Positions 1 to 7,832 of a stretch of DNA of 45,717 nucleotides are shown piece by piece. Both the position numbers and the translations under genes were made by a program. Every line of letters begins with the position of its first letter. The stretch's first letter is position 1. This DNA comes from a virus (Duplodnaviria > Caudoviricetes). The DNA lies in the IMG/VR virus record IMGVR_UViG_3300012894_000009, positions 1-45,717 of that record; one strand, given 5' to 3'. The notes beneath the pieces are model-generated. The model did no database searches and was not told the DNA's origin. It worked only from the letters and a program-made list of their open reading frames with translations.

Positions 1-45
1 CGTGTATGCTCCCGTCGTCGCTGCGGCTGCGTGCCGCGTCGTCGT

Positions 46-122
46 GGTGGGTGTAGCTCAGCTGGTAGAGCACCTGGTTGTGGTCCAGGAAGTCGCGGGT
101 TCAAGTCCCGTCACTCACCCCA
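46..122 (+). tRNA. tRNA-His (GTG), intact copy at attL
   Basis: Cloverleaf: acceptor stem GTGGGTG/CACTCAC, anticodon stem CCTGG/CCAGG with GTG at 80-82, T-loop TTCAAGT, His-specific G-1 (46):C73 (119) pair, encoded CCA at 120-122; TATGCT -10-like hexamer at 5-10. Confidence 0.97.
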
Positions 123-123
123 C
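96..123 (+). repeat. attL core, 28 bp CGGGTTCAAGTCCCGTCACTCACCCCAC
   Basis: Identical to 45462-45489; 3' end of tRNA-His. Confidence 0.96.
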
Positions 124-124
124 A

Positions 125-170
125 GAGAAGGGCCCCTGACCTGCGGGAACGCGGGACGGGGGCCCTTCTC
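125..170 (+). terminator. Phage-supplied hairpin/terminator after the tRNA
   Basis: GAGAAGGGCCCC (125-136) pairs with GGGGCCCTTCTC (159-170). Confidence 0.65.
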
Positions 171-179
171 GCATCTCCC

Positions 180-199
180 GGCAACAATCACCGGCAACA
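180..199. promoter_or_regulatory. Putative integrase arm-type binding sites (GGCAACA x2)
   Basis: GGCAACA at 180-186 and 193-199; the same heptamer recurs next to attR. Confidence 0.55.
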
Positions 200-231
200 C
201 GCCTAGCGGATTCCCCAGTAAGCTGTCGGCC

Positions 232-1578
232 ATGAGCGTTGCGCCCGAACGGAGACGAGTCAGCCGGACCGGCGCTCGCCGTGGTGATACCGCTGCACCG
301 AAGCGCGCAGCGAGCAGCACCGGGCAGAAGCCGAGGACGTCTTCGACGGTGCAGACGCGCGACCGCTCGGACGGAACGGTCGCCCACCGGGTCATGTACC
401 GCCTCGCGGACGGCACGCAGACCTCCCGCACCCTGGACTCAGCCGCGGCCGCCGCGACCTACCAGAACCTCCTCGCTCGCCTGGGCGCCGAGGAGGCTCA
501 GCGCGTCGTCGAGGCCCAGACCAGCAACACCGCCGCCGTCCCGCTGCTGTCGGAGTGGCTGGAGCACCACCTAGCCCATGCCACCGGCATCACCGACGGC
601 ACGATCGCCGACTACCGGCGCCTCGCCGTGCGGACCTGGCTTCCGGCGCTCGGGCACTACCCCGTGGACGCCATCGACCGCGACGCCATCGCACGCTGGA
701 TGCGCACCCAGGCCGCGACCACCACCCGGCGCGGGACGCCGACGTCGGCGAAGACGATCGCCAACGCGCACGGGCTGCTGTCCACCGTGCTCGCCTCGGC
801 CGTCGTCGCGCATCACCGCCCGGACAACCCGTCGAAGGGCCTGCGACTCCCCCGCGGTCACCGCCTAGAGATGACGTTCCTGTCGCAGGACGAGTTCGCG
901 ACCCTGCTGCGCTGCGTCGACTCCTACTGGCAGCCGCTCATCGCCTTCCTCGCGGGCACCGGTCTGCGCTGGGGCGAGGCGACCGCGCTGCGCTGGGCCA
1001 ACGTCGACGTCGACTCCCTGCAGCCCACCGTGCGCGTCGCCGAAGCGTGGAAGCGCGGCGCCGGCAAGAAGCTCGGCGGGCAGACGCGCGACCTGGGCGT
1101 GCCGAAGACCGCCCGCTCGCTGCGCACCGTCGGGCTGCCCGTCCAGATCGCCGACCAGCTCCGTGCGCGGCGCGGCCGACCGGCCGACCTCGTCTTCACC
1201 GGCCGCCTGGGCGGCACCGTGCACCACCAGAACTTCCACCCTCGCGTGTGGAAGGTCGCCGTCGACCGCGCCGCCCTCGGCAAGCGACCGCGCATCCACG
1301 ACCTGCGGCACTCCCATGCGTCCTGGCTCATCGCGGCCGGCGTACCGCTGCCGATCATCCAGCGCTCGCTGGGCCACGAGTCCATCCAGACGACCGTGGA
1401 CGTCTATGGCCACCTGGCCACAGACGCCCACGGCATCGCTGCACACGCGGCCACCGCGGCGCTCGCGATGGCTCTGCCCGAGGAGCTACCTGAGGCGGGT
1501 GACGCGCTTGTCCTCGAGCACGCCGCTGTCGTCGACGGCCGCGCGGTAGCCCTGACGCCAGGCCTCATGCGCGACTGA
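232..1578 (+). CDS. int: Tyrosine recombinase/integrase
   Basis: TGLRWGE (catalytic R), PKT, HDLRH, LGH..IQTTVDVYGH motifs; ATG at 232 with TAAGCT 7 nt upstream; adjacent to attL. Confidence 0.95.
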   Translation: MSVAPERRRVSRTGARRGDTAAPKRAASSTGQKPRTSSTVQTRDRSDGTVAHRVMYRLADGTQTSRTLDSAAAAATYQNLLARLGAEEAQRVVEAQTSNTAAVPLLSEWLEHHLAHATGITDGTIADYRRLAVRTWLPALGHYPVDAIDRDAIARWMRTQAATTTRRGTPTSAKTIANAHGLLSTVLASAVVAHHRPDNPSKGLRLPRGHRLEMTFLSQDEFATLLRCVDSYWQPLIAFLAGTGLRWGEATALRWANVDVDSLQPTVRVAEAWKRGAGKKLGGQTRDLGVPKTARSLRTVGLPVQIADQLRARRGRPADLVFTGRLGGTVHHQNFHPRVWKVAVDRAALGKRPRIHDLRHSHASWLIAAGVPLPIIQRSLGHESIQTTVDVYGHLATDAHGIAAHAATAALAMALPEELPEAGDALVLEHAAVVDGRAVALTPGLMRD

Positions 1579-1740
1579 GTGCCGGACCCAGGAGGCCAAG
1601 AGGGTGGCCAGGCAGCCGAGGGCGATGAAGACGAGTTCGAGGCGCGTCGACTCGGCGAAGAGGCCGACGGCGATCGCGATGACGAAGGCCTTGACGGCCA
1701 TGAACGAGCTGAGCGTGAGTACAACTTGCTGGCGGCGCAT
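1486..1740 (-). CDS. Small two-TM membrane protein
   Basis: MRRQQVVLTLSSFMAVKAFVIAIAVGLF...LVFIALGCLATLLASWV; GAGGGGG RBS upstream of ATG 1740; overlaps the integrase 3' end in antisense. Confidence 0.65.
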   Translation of the reverse strand: MRRQQVVLTLSSFMAVKAFVIAIAVGLFAESTRLELVFIALGCLATLLASWVRHSVAHEAWRQGYRAAVDDSGVLEDKRVTRLR

Positions 1741-1753
1741 CCGTGCTTCCCCC

Positions 1754-1769
1754 TCGAACAAGTGTTCTA
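1754..1769. promoter_or_regulatory. LexA (SOS) box
   Basis: TCGAAC-AAGT-GTTCTA, one mismatch to the actinobacterial consensus TCGAAC-N4-GTTCGA. Confidence 0.7.
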
Positions 1770-1848
1770 GAGGGGTAGCGAACACCAGCGCACGGTCGGT
1801 CACAACCCCAGAACGTTGTGACGCGTGTGACTCGTGGGTCGCCTGAGG

Positions 1849-2169
1849 TCAGGCGCTGCGGTAGGTCTCCCCTGGCGCCGGCTGCGAGGTGCGGCCATAG
1901 GCCATCTGCACGAGGAGGTCGTAGTTCATCTCCAGCGCGTCCGCGTAGGCCATGAGGCGGTGGATCGGGATGCCCCGCTCCTTGCCGCGCTCGTCCTCGG
2001 ACAGCACGTTCTGCTTGATGCCCACGCGCACGGCCAGCTCGGACTGACTGAGGCCGCGGTCCTGGCGGGCGGCGCGGATCTCTGCGCCGACCGCGCGCCA
2101 ACGCAGACGGGTGCCGTCCTCGTCGAGGGGCCCTTCGGCCACGGGGTGCTCCAGGAGTGCGCTGGTCAT
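1849..2169 (-). CDS. XRE-family HTH immunity repressor (CI-like)
   Basis: IRAARQDRGLSQSELAVRVGIKQNVLSEDERGK HTH_3 motif; divergent from the Cro-like gene. Confidence 0.85.
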   Translation of the reverse strand: MTSALLEHPVAEGPLDEDGTRLRWRAVGAEIRAARQDRGLSQSELAVRVGIKQNVLSEDERGKERGIPIHRLMAYADALEMNYDLLVQMAYGRTSQPAPGETYRSA

Positions 2170-2184
2170 GGGGACAGCATGACC

Positions 2185-2292
2185 CTATCCGATAACGGAT
2201 AGAGGCAGATCCGGGAAGATCCCACCCTGGTGGACTACGTCGTAACGGGTAGTGGCGTTCGGCTTGACCATCTAGCGGATAACGGATTAGAT
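2185..2292. promoter_or_regulatory. Lysis-lysogeny switch with operators and divergent promoters
   Basis: Perfect inverted repeat CTATCCG-ATAA-CGGATAG (2185-2202); shared core GATAACGGAT again at 2278-2287; TTGACC -35 at 2264-2269. Confidence 0.7.
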
Positions 2293-2298
2293 GAAGCC

Positions 2299-2532
2299 AT
2301 GCCCCCCCAGCAGCCCACCACCTCCGGATCCCGCATCCGCGTGGAGCGGGAGCGCCGCGGCCTCACCCAGATCCAGCTCGCCGACGAGGCCGGCGTCTCC
2401 CAGGCCACCCTCTCCCGCATCGAGGTCGCCGGCGGCGGCCGGGCCAGCACCCTGGCCCGGATCTCCGACGCCCTCCAGATCCCCGTCGACGAGCTCGTCG
2501 GCGCACAGGACCGCGCGCCCCTCGGCGTGTGA
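2299..2532 (+). CDS. Cro-like XRE HTH protein
   Basis: IRVERERRGLTQIQLADEAGVSQATLSRIE; first gene of the early operon. Confidence 0.85.
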   Translation: MPPQQPTTSGSRIRVERERRGLTQIQLADEAGVSQATLSRIEVAGGGRASTLARISDALQIPVDELVGAQDRAPLGV

Positions 2533-2789
2533 CCGCCATGGCGACCGACCACGCGCAGCCCGCGCTCCTCACGGACGAGGACGTCGCCGAGCAGCTGAAG
2601 GTGCCCACGACCTGGGTCGCCGTCGCCGCCCGACGAGGGCTGATCGGTAGCCGCAAGATCGGCCGCTACCGGCGCTTCCTGCAGGAGGACGTCGACGCGT
2701 ACCTCGAGCAGAACCGCACCATCGCGGCCAACCCGTTGGCCCTCTCCCGCAGGTCGACCGCCGCACTGAACCGCCAGCGCCGCACCTGA
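2529..2789 (+). CDS. Excisionase-like (HTH_17/MerR-type) DNA-binding protein
   Basis: LLTDEDVAEQLKV...KIGRYRRFLQEDVDAYL. Confidence 0.8.
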   Translation: MTAMATDHAQPALLTDEDVAEQLKVPTTWVAVAARRGLIGSRKIGRYRRFLQEDVDAYLEQNRTIAANPLALSRRSTAALNRQRRT

Positions 2790-2848
2790 CCCTCGGCCCT
2801 CCCGGGCCACCCCCTCACACCGACGACCCGCCACGGGGAGACACCGTC

Positions 2849-3043
2849 ATGCCCGGAACCATCCAGCGACCCCTCGTCGCCGAGTTCGAGCACCAACCGC
2901 GCGAGCGCTCCGTGCCTTGCCAGGCCTGCCGCGTCGAGACCACGAACGACCACGCGGTGTGCGATCTCTGCCTCGACAAGGGCCGCCCCATCCGCTGCAG
3001 CGTCTTCTGCCGCGACATCGCCCGAGCGGGTGCCGCGCGGTGA
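2849..3043 (+). CDS. Small Cys-rich (zinc-finger-like) protein
   Basis: CQAC...CDLC...CSVFC; GGAG RBS. Confidence 0.55.
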   Translation: MPGTIQRPLVAEFEHQPRERSVPCQACRVETTNDHAVCDLCLDKGRPIRCSVFCRDIARAGAAR

Positions 3044-3141
3044 GCGCCCGACGCGAGTGGCTGCGCCTCGCCTTCGTGATGACCTTCACCCCGGCCGTCG
3101 TGGCGCTCGCCATCTGGTCGACCGGGCTGGTGACGTCGTGA
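3040..3141 (+). CDS. Small membrane peptide
   Basis: GTGA-coupled; WLRLAFVMTFTPAVVALAIWSTGLV hydrophobic stretch. Confidence 0.5.
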   Translation: MSARREWLRLAFVMTFTPAVVALAIWSTGLVTS

Positions 3142-3398
3142 TCTACCCCCAGCCCTCGACTCGTCGCCTGCCGCCGGTCCGGCACATGGACGGCACCACC
3201 ACCCCCAGGTGCATGGGCGGGTGCGGCACTGCCCTGGAGGACCGGCGCCTCCTCTGCGACACCTGCTGGAAGCACCTCGGCCGCCGACTGCAGCGCGCCG
3301 TCCTGAGCTGGCGGCGCACGCAGGACCCGAACGTCCGCTCCACCGTCGTCCTCGAGGTCGAGGCCGCCTGCGTCGACGCACGGCGGAGGGCCCGATGA
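3138..3398 (+). CDS. Hypothetical zinc-binding phage protein
   Basis: CMGGC...LCDTCWKHL; coupled to both neighbours. Confidence 0.55.
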   Translation: MIYPQPSTRRLPPVRHMDGTTTPRCMGGCGTALEDRRLLCDTCWKHLGRRLQRAVLSWRRTQDPNVRSTVVLEVEAACVDARRRAR

Positions 3399-3823
3399 GC
3401 GAGGACCCCTGCGGCACCCTCGACCTCCTCGACGCCCTGGCCGCCGAGCCGCCGGCCACCACGCCCCCGCGGCCGCGAGGTGCCGGCCCCGAGGTCGACG
3501 CGATCTGCGGCCTGCTCCTGGGTGCCCCGATGCACGCCGGCGACCGGGAGCGCATCGTCACCGCGCTCGTCGAGGACGCCCGCCGGCACGACGGGCACGT
3601 CGACCCGAACCGGGTGCGCACCCGCCTCACCCGCGAGAACGCCGACGGCAGCAGCGACCTCGTCGTCTACCCGCGCCTGCTCGGCGCCATCTACCAGGCG
3701 CTCGCCAAGAAGGGCGTCCTCGAGTTCACCGGCTGGACCACGTCCACCGACACCCGCGGCCGCAACGCCGGCCGCCCCGCCCGCTCCTACCGCCTCACAC
3801 GCCTCCCGGAGGGAACCCCGTGA
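3395..3823 (+). CDS. Hypothetical phage protein (wHTH-like)
   Basis: VDPNRVR...GAIYQALAKKGVLEFTGW..S.D.RGRNAGRP..SYRL; coupled start and stop. Confidence 0.65.
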   Translation: MSEDPCGTLDLLDALAAEPPATTPPRPRGAGPEVDAICGLLLGAPMHAGDRERIVTALVEDARRHDGHVDPNRVRTRLTRENADGSSDLVVYPRLLGAIYQALAKKGVLEFTGWTTSTDTRGRNAGRPARSYRLTRLPEGTP

Positions 3824-5010
3824 CCACCGCCACCGCAGCACCCGTCGCCGACGTCCACGCCCCGCGCGTCCTCGCCCGCGTCAACTCCACCACCCTGCTC
3901 GCGGCGCTCGCCGACGTCAGCGCCCCGATGTCGGCCCGCGCACAGCTGCCCATGCAGCACGGGGTGAAGCTCAGCGTCCGTCCCGACGGTCTTCGCCTGC
4001 AGCGCAGCGACGGCGAGACGTGGACGGCCGCGCTCATCCCCGCCGAGTTCGAGCAGCTCGGCGACGTCGTCGTCAGCGCCATCGCGCTCGCCGGCCAGGT
4101 CCGCGGCGTCGGTCGCGGCCACGACGTCACCCTCACGCTCGTCCCGCGCGGGGAGAGGGAGTGGCTGCGCGTCACCGGCGACGGAGTCACCTACCAGCTG
4201 ACGTCGATGCCAATGCAGGAGTGGCCGATCGAGCCGGACGACCCGGGCGAGTTCATCGCCACCCTGGCCGCGGCGGACGTCGAACTCCTGGCACGCCCCG
4301 CGGCCGCGGCCAGCGCGGACGTGACGCTGCCGATCCTCACCCACGTCCGACTCCTCGAGGTGCAGGGCTCCCTGCGGGCCTGCGCCACGGACCGCTTCCG
4401 CCTCACCGAGACGAACACGCTGCACCCCGTCCCCGCGGGCTTCGGCGCGCTCGTCCCTAGCCACGCGCTGCGACACCTCGCCCACCTCGCCTCGACGCAC
4501 GGCGAGGTCACCGTCACGCGGCACTCCCCTGCCGCTCGCACCGCGGCCCTCTTCGACACCGACGACCTGGTCTTCACCGTCGGCGACCACCGCGTCCGCG
4601 TCACCTGCCTCGCCGGGGAGTACCCGAAGGTCGACGCGCTCTGGCCCCCGAGCTCGGAGGGCTCGATCGAGATCGACCGGGCCGAGCTCTCCCACGCCAT
4701 CCGCCGCATCCAGATCGTCACACCCAAGAGCGCGGGCTGCCGCATCGAGGTGGCCGGGGAGCGGCTCGTCCTCTCCTCCGTCGACTCCGGCTCCATCGGC
4801 GCCGACGCCACTACCGACATCGCCTGCAGCGTCACGGGAACCCCGGTCGTGATGCACCTGAACCCGCACCTGCTGGTCGACGTCGTCACCGCCCTCGACG
4901 GGGACCGTGTCGCACTGCGGACCACCCTGCCGACGCGGCCGCTCGTCCTCGAGGGCGTCGGTGGGCGGCTGACCCGCTCCCTGCTCATGCCCATCCGGAC
5001 CGCATCGTGA
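3820..5010 (+). CDS. DNA polymerase III beta sliding clamp homolog (DnaN-like)
   Basis: 396 aa; ATDRFRL, GEYPKV, NPHLLVDVVTAL and terminal LLMPIR motifs of DnaN. Confidence 0.85.
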   Translation: MTTATAAPVADVHAPRVLARVNSTTLLAALADVSAPMSARAQLPMQHGVKLSVRPDGLRLQRSDGETWTAALIPAEFEQLGDVVVSAIALAGQVRGVGRGHDVTLTLVPRGEREWLRVTGDGVTYQLTSMPMQEWPIEPDDPGEFIATLAAADVELLARPAAAASADVTLPILTHVRLLEVQGSLRACATDRFRLTETNTLHPVPAGFGALVPSHALRHLAHLASTHGEVTVTRHSPAARTAALFDTDDLVFTVGDHRVRVTCLAGEYPKVDALWPPSSEGSIEIDRAELSHAIRRIQIVTPKSAGCRIEVAGERLVLSSVDSGSIGADATTDIACSVTGTPVVMHLNPHLLVDVVTALDGDRVALRTTLPTRPLVLEGVGGRLTRSLLMPIRTAS

Positions 5011-5108
5011 ACGGGGACCAGGCCGCCGGGGCGCTCCTGCTGGCGGTGCTCGTCGGCTACTGGCTCGGCACGTGGGTGCACCGCCGCGCGCCGCGGGGAG
5101 ACCGATGA
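5007..5108 (+). CDS. Small membrane peptide (33 aa)
   Basis: AAGALLLAVLVGYWLGTWV; GTGA/ATGA coupling on both sides. Confidence 0.5.
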   Translation: MNGDQAAGALLLAVLVGYWLGTWVHRRAPRGDR

Positions 5109-5356
5109 GCCCGTCCCTCGTGCTGCCCATGCCCGAGCCCTGGGTCGACGACGCCCTGTGCGCGCAGACCGACCCGGAGATCTTCTTCCCCGAGCAGGGC
5201 GGCTCCAGCGCCGACGCGAAGCGCGTGTGCGAGCGCTGCCCCGTCCGGGCCGAGTGCCTGCAGTTCGCCATCGACACCCAGGAGCGCTTCGGCATCTGGG
5301 GCGGGGTCTCCGAACGCGCCCGCCGCAAGCTCACACGTCAGGAGTCAGCAGCATGA
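5105..5356 (+). CDS. whiB: WhiB-family transcription factor
   Basis: ALCAQTDPEIFFP...CERCPVRAECL...GIWGG with four Cys. Confidence 0.95.
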   Translation: MSPSLVLPMPEPWVDDALCAQTDPEIFFPEQGGSSADAKRVCERCPVRAECLQFAIDTQERFGIWGGVSERARRKLTRQESAA

Positions 5357-5760
5357 ACATCACCGAGAAGCTCGCGGCCGCCGTCGGCCGACTGCAGGGC
5401 CGGACCACCGCCATCGTCGGCGCAGAGGTCGAGGCATCCGAACTCGTCGCCCACGGGGGGCTCACCGGCCGCTACACGCCTCGTGCCGCAGCCCAGTGGC
5501 TGCCGTTCGAGGACCTCACCGCCTGCGAGCAGGCCCGCCGCGTCGGCGAGCACGTGCAGCGCTACATGGCGGAGCGGCACTACTCGACGTGGGAGCTGGC
5601 CGAGGCTGCCGAGACGCAGCAGTACGCGCCCCGGCCGCAGGACATCAGCGACCTGCTCCACGGTCTGCGGCACCTGCGCGGTGCGGCTGAGGTCCGCGCC
5701 CTGGCCGACGCGCTCGGCGTCCGCCCGAACGCGCTGCTGGAACCGGGGTGGCCGGCATGA
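5353..5760 (+). CDS. HTH DNA-binding protein
   Basis: STWELAEAA...ISDLLHG...EVRALADALGVRPNALL XRE-like C-terminus. Confidence 0.6.
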   Translation: MNITEKLAAAVGRLQGRTTAIVGAEVEASELVAHGGLTGRYTPRAAAQWLPFEDLTACEQARRVGEHVQRYMAERHYSTWELAEAAETQQYAPRPQDISDLLHGLRHLRGAAEVRALADALGVRPNALLEPGWPA

Positions 5761-6722
5761 CCGAGCTGCGCGACGTCCTCGTCGAGGACCTGGTCGCCGA
5801 CCCCGACAACCCCCGCACCGAGCTGAAGGACCTCGACGACCTGGCCGCGTCGATGCGCGAGGTCGGGCTCCTGCAGCCCGTCGTCGCACGCGACGCCGGC
5901 GGCCAGCTGGTCGTGGTCGCCGGCCACCGGCGTCTCGCCGCCGCCCGCTCCCTCGGCTGGGCCACGGTGCCGTGCATCGTGCGCCCCGCCATGCGCCCCG
6001 ACGAGGTCCTCGTCGCGATGCTCGTCGAGAACAACCAGCGCGCCGACCTCGATCCCATAGAGGAGGCCCGCGCCTTCCAGAAGCTGAAGAGCGACCACGG
6101 GTGGACGGACGCCCAGGTCGGCCAGCACGTCGGGCGCTCGCAGCCGGCTGTGTCCGCGCGCCTGGCGTTGACGTACCTGACCGCCGGGCAGCAGGAGGAC
6201 GTCCGTACCGGTGCCCTCCTGGTCCGGGACGCGGTCGTCAAGGGCCGCGCCGCGGCGGGCCGGACCCGCCGCAGCGACGCCTTGACCGGGTGGCACTTCG
6301 GCCGCGACCACCACCTCGCCTCCCGCGCCCGCGCCGCCTGCCTCGAGCTGAAGCACCCGCGCTCGCGCCAGCTGGCTGCGACCGCGTGCGGGGAGTGCTG
6401 GGAGGCCGTCATCCGTGACGACGAGCGGAGCCGGGCCCGCCGGGCCGGACCTCGGGAGGCGGCAGCTGCGCACGCCGGCGCCGCACCCGCCCCCGTGGCA
6501 GCACCCGCGCGGCGGCCGCGACCCACGGCCCCCGCCGGCCCCCCGGACGCCGGCTCCCCCATCGTCCCGCTCAGCGCTCGCCGCGTCTTCGACGACGTCG
6601 AGTGGATGGCGGCCGCCGGGACGGCGCTCGCGGAGATCGTCTCGGCCACGGAGATGCCGCCGCCGCGTCTGCGCGAGCTGTACGCCCGCTACTCGCGGGC
6701 ACTCCCCGCGGTGCTGTTATGA
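5757..6722 (+). CDS. ParB/Spo0J-like protein
   Basis: NPR, GLLQPVV, AGHRRLAAA, ENNQRADLDPIEEA followed by an HTH. Confidence 0.88.
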   Translation: MTELRDVLVEDLVADPDNPRTELKDLDDLAASMREVGLLQPVVARDAGGQLVVVAGHRRLAAARSLGWATVPCIVRPAMRPDEVLVAMLVENNQRADLDPIEEARAFQKLKSDHGWTDAQVGQHVGRSQPAVSARLALTYLTAGQQEDVRTGALLVRDAVVKGRAAAGRTRRSDALTGWHFGRDHHLASRARAACLELKHPRSRQLAATACGECWEAVIRDDERSRARRAGPREAAAAHAGAAPAPVAAPARRPRPTAPAGPPDAGSPIVPLSARRVFDDVEWMAAAGTALAEIVSATEMPPPRLRELYARYSRALPAVLL

Positions 6723-6753
6723 CGAAGACGCATGGCGGCCAACTTGGTCAGTC

Positions 6754-7272
6754 TCAAGATGGGTCGGCGCTCGGAAGCTTGTTGTCCCGCATGGCCTTGT
6801 CAGTCATTCCCTTGAGTCGCTCCAGAGTCCAAGGGTTGGCTCGGCGTTCGAAGGCTCGCGGATCTTCGTTCCACACGGCGCATGCCGACATGATGCAGTT
6901 CAGAACGCGGATTTGGCCGGCGCCGTCGTCGCGGTGTCGGGCCTCCCGGGACTCTGCGTTCAGCTCGCTAAGTGCCTCCGCGAACAACACGTATCCCGCG
7001 CGTCTGGCGGCGCCATACAGCGCTGCCCCTCGGATGTTGAACGCCGCCACCTGTGCAGGGTCTTGCTTGGATGCGTGTCCCTCGACCGCATCGAGATACT
7101 TGTCGATGGCAGCCGCCACAGACTTCTCGCGGTCAGCGTGGCGGTCGCGGCGACTCTGCCAAGTCTGCGTCAAGACGGCCGACAGAATCGCTACTCCACC
7201 ACCGATGCCCGCGCCGATCATCGCGGGAAGCGCGTCGACTAGCTGGAATCCGTCATCCGCCGCCTGCGTCAC
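6754..7272 (-). CDS. Counter-oriented moron: membrane-anchored hypothetical protein (start uncertain)
   Basis: LPAMIGAGIGGGVAILSAVLTQ TM followed by a helical domain; more A/T-rich than flanks; interrupts the + strand operon. Confidence 0.6.
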   Translation of the reverse strand: MTQAADDGFQLVDALPAMIGAGIGGGVAILSAVLTQTWQSRRDRHADREKSVAAAIDKYLDAVEGHASKQDPAQVAAFNIRGAALYGAARRAGYVLFAEALSELNAESREARHRDDGAGQIRVLNCIMSACAVWNEDPRAFERRANPWTLERLKGMTDKAMRDNKLPSADPS

Positions 7273-7344
7273 AACGGTCAGTAGTGACAGGCCCGGCCGG
7301 TCTGGTGTCTCCACGGCGTTGACCGTAGTGCTTACGGAGCCCTC

Positions 7345-7677
7345 ATGAGCTGGGTGAAGACGAAGTGCGCTCACTGCCGCGGCCGGCTGCAGGTGGCGTC
7401 GCACGACGTCCTTCTGACGGTCCACACCAGCCAGTCGTGGCGGGACACCTACCGCTTCTTCTGCGCGCTGTGCCGGGAGGAGAACGTCTACCCCGCCGGC
7501 GTTGACGTCGTCGAGCTGCTCGTCTCCGCCAGCGTGCGCATCGAGCGCGTCCAGGTCCCCGACGAGCTAGACGACGCCAGCCGGCGGGCACCGCGCCCGC
7601 TGACTTGGGACGACCTCCTCGACTTCCTGGACGCCCTGGAGACCACCGAGGACCTGAAGGCCCTGTGGCGGGCGTGA
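7345..7677 (+). CDS. Zinc-ribbon hypothetical protein
   Basis: CAHC...YRFFCALC...PLTWDDLLDF. Confidence 0.7.
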   Translation: MSWVKTKCAHCRGRLQVASHDVLLTVHTSQSWRDTYRFFCALCREENVYPAGVDVVELLVSASVRIERVQVPDELDDASRRAPRPLTWDDLLDFLDALETTEDLKALWRA

Positions 7678-7832
7678 CGGCCGCTGTGCTGGCCGTGTGC
7701 AGCTCTTGCCCGGCCGAGGCCGCCGCATCGGACGCGGTGGCCCTGATCCCACTCATGGACGAGCACACCAACTCGACCGGGCACCGCCTCTGGGCGGTCT
7801 CCAGCGTCACCCATCCGAGGAGGAACCGATGA
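7674..7832 (+). CDS. Small CxxC...HxxxxxH zinc-finger protein
   Basis: CSSC...EHTNSTGH; coupled to neighbours. Confidence 0.5.
   Translation: MTAAVLAVCSSCPAEAAASDAVALIPLMDEHTNSTGHRLWAVSSVTHPRRNR

Noticed and set aside
31-231. N-terminal extension of the integrase ORF from 31
   Set aside because: Runs through the tRNA, att core and terminator; ATG 232 has a properly spaced -10
3787-5334. Long antisense ORFs (515 aa here; also 14348-15718, 16697-18199, 27382-28470, 36714-37904)
   Set aside because: Shadow frames of real genes in high-GC DNA; low-complexity translations with no motifs
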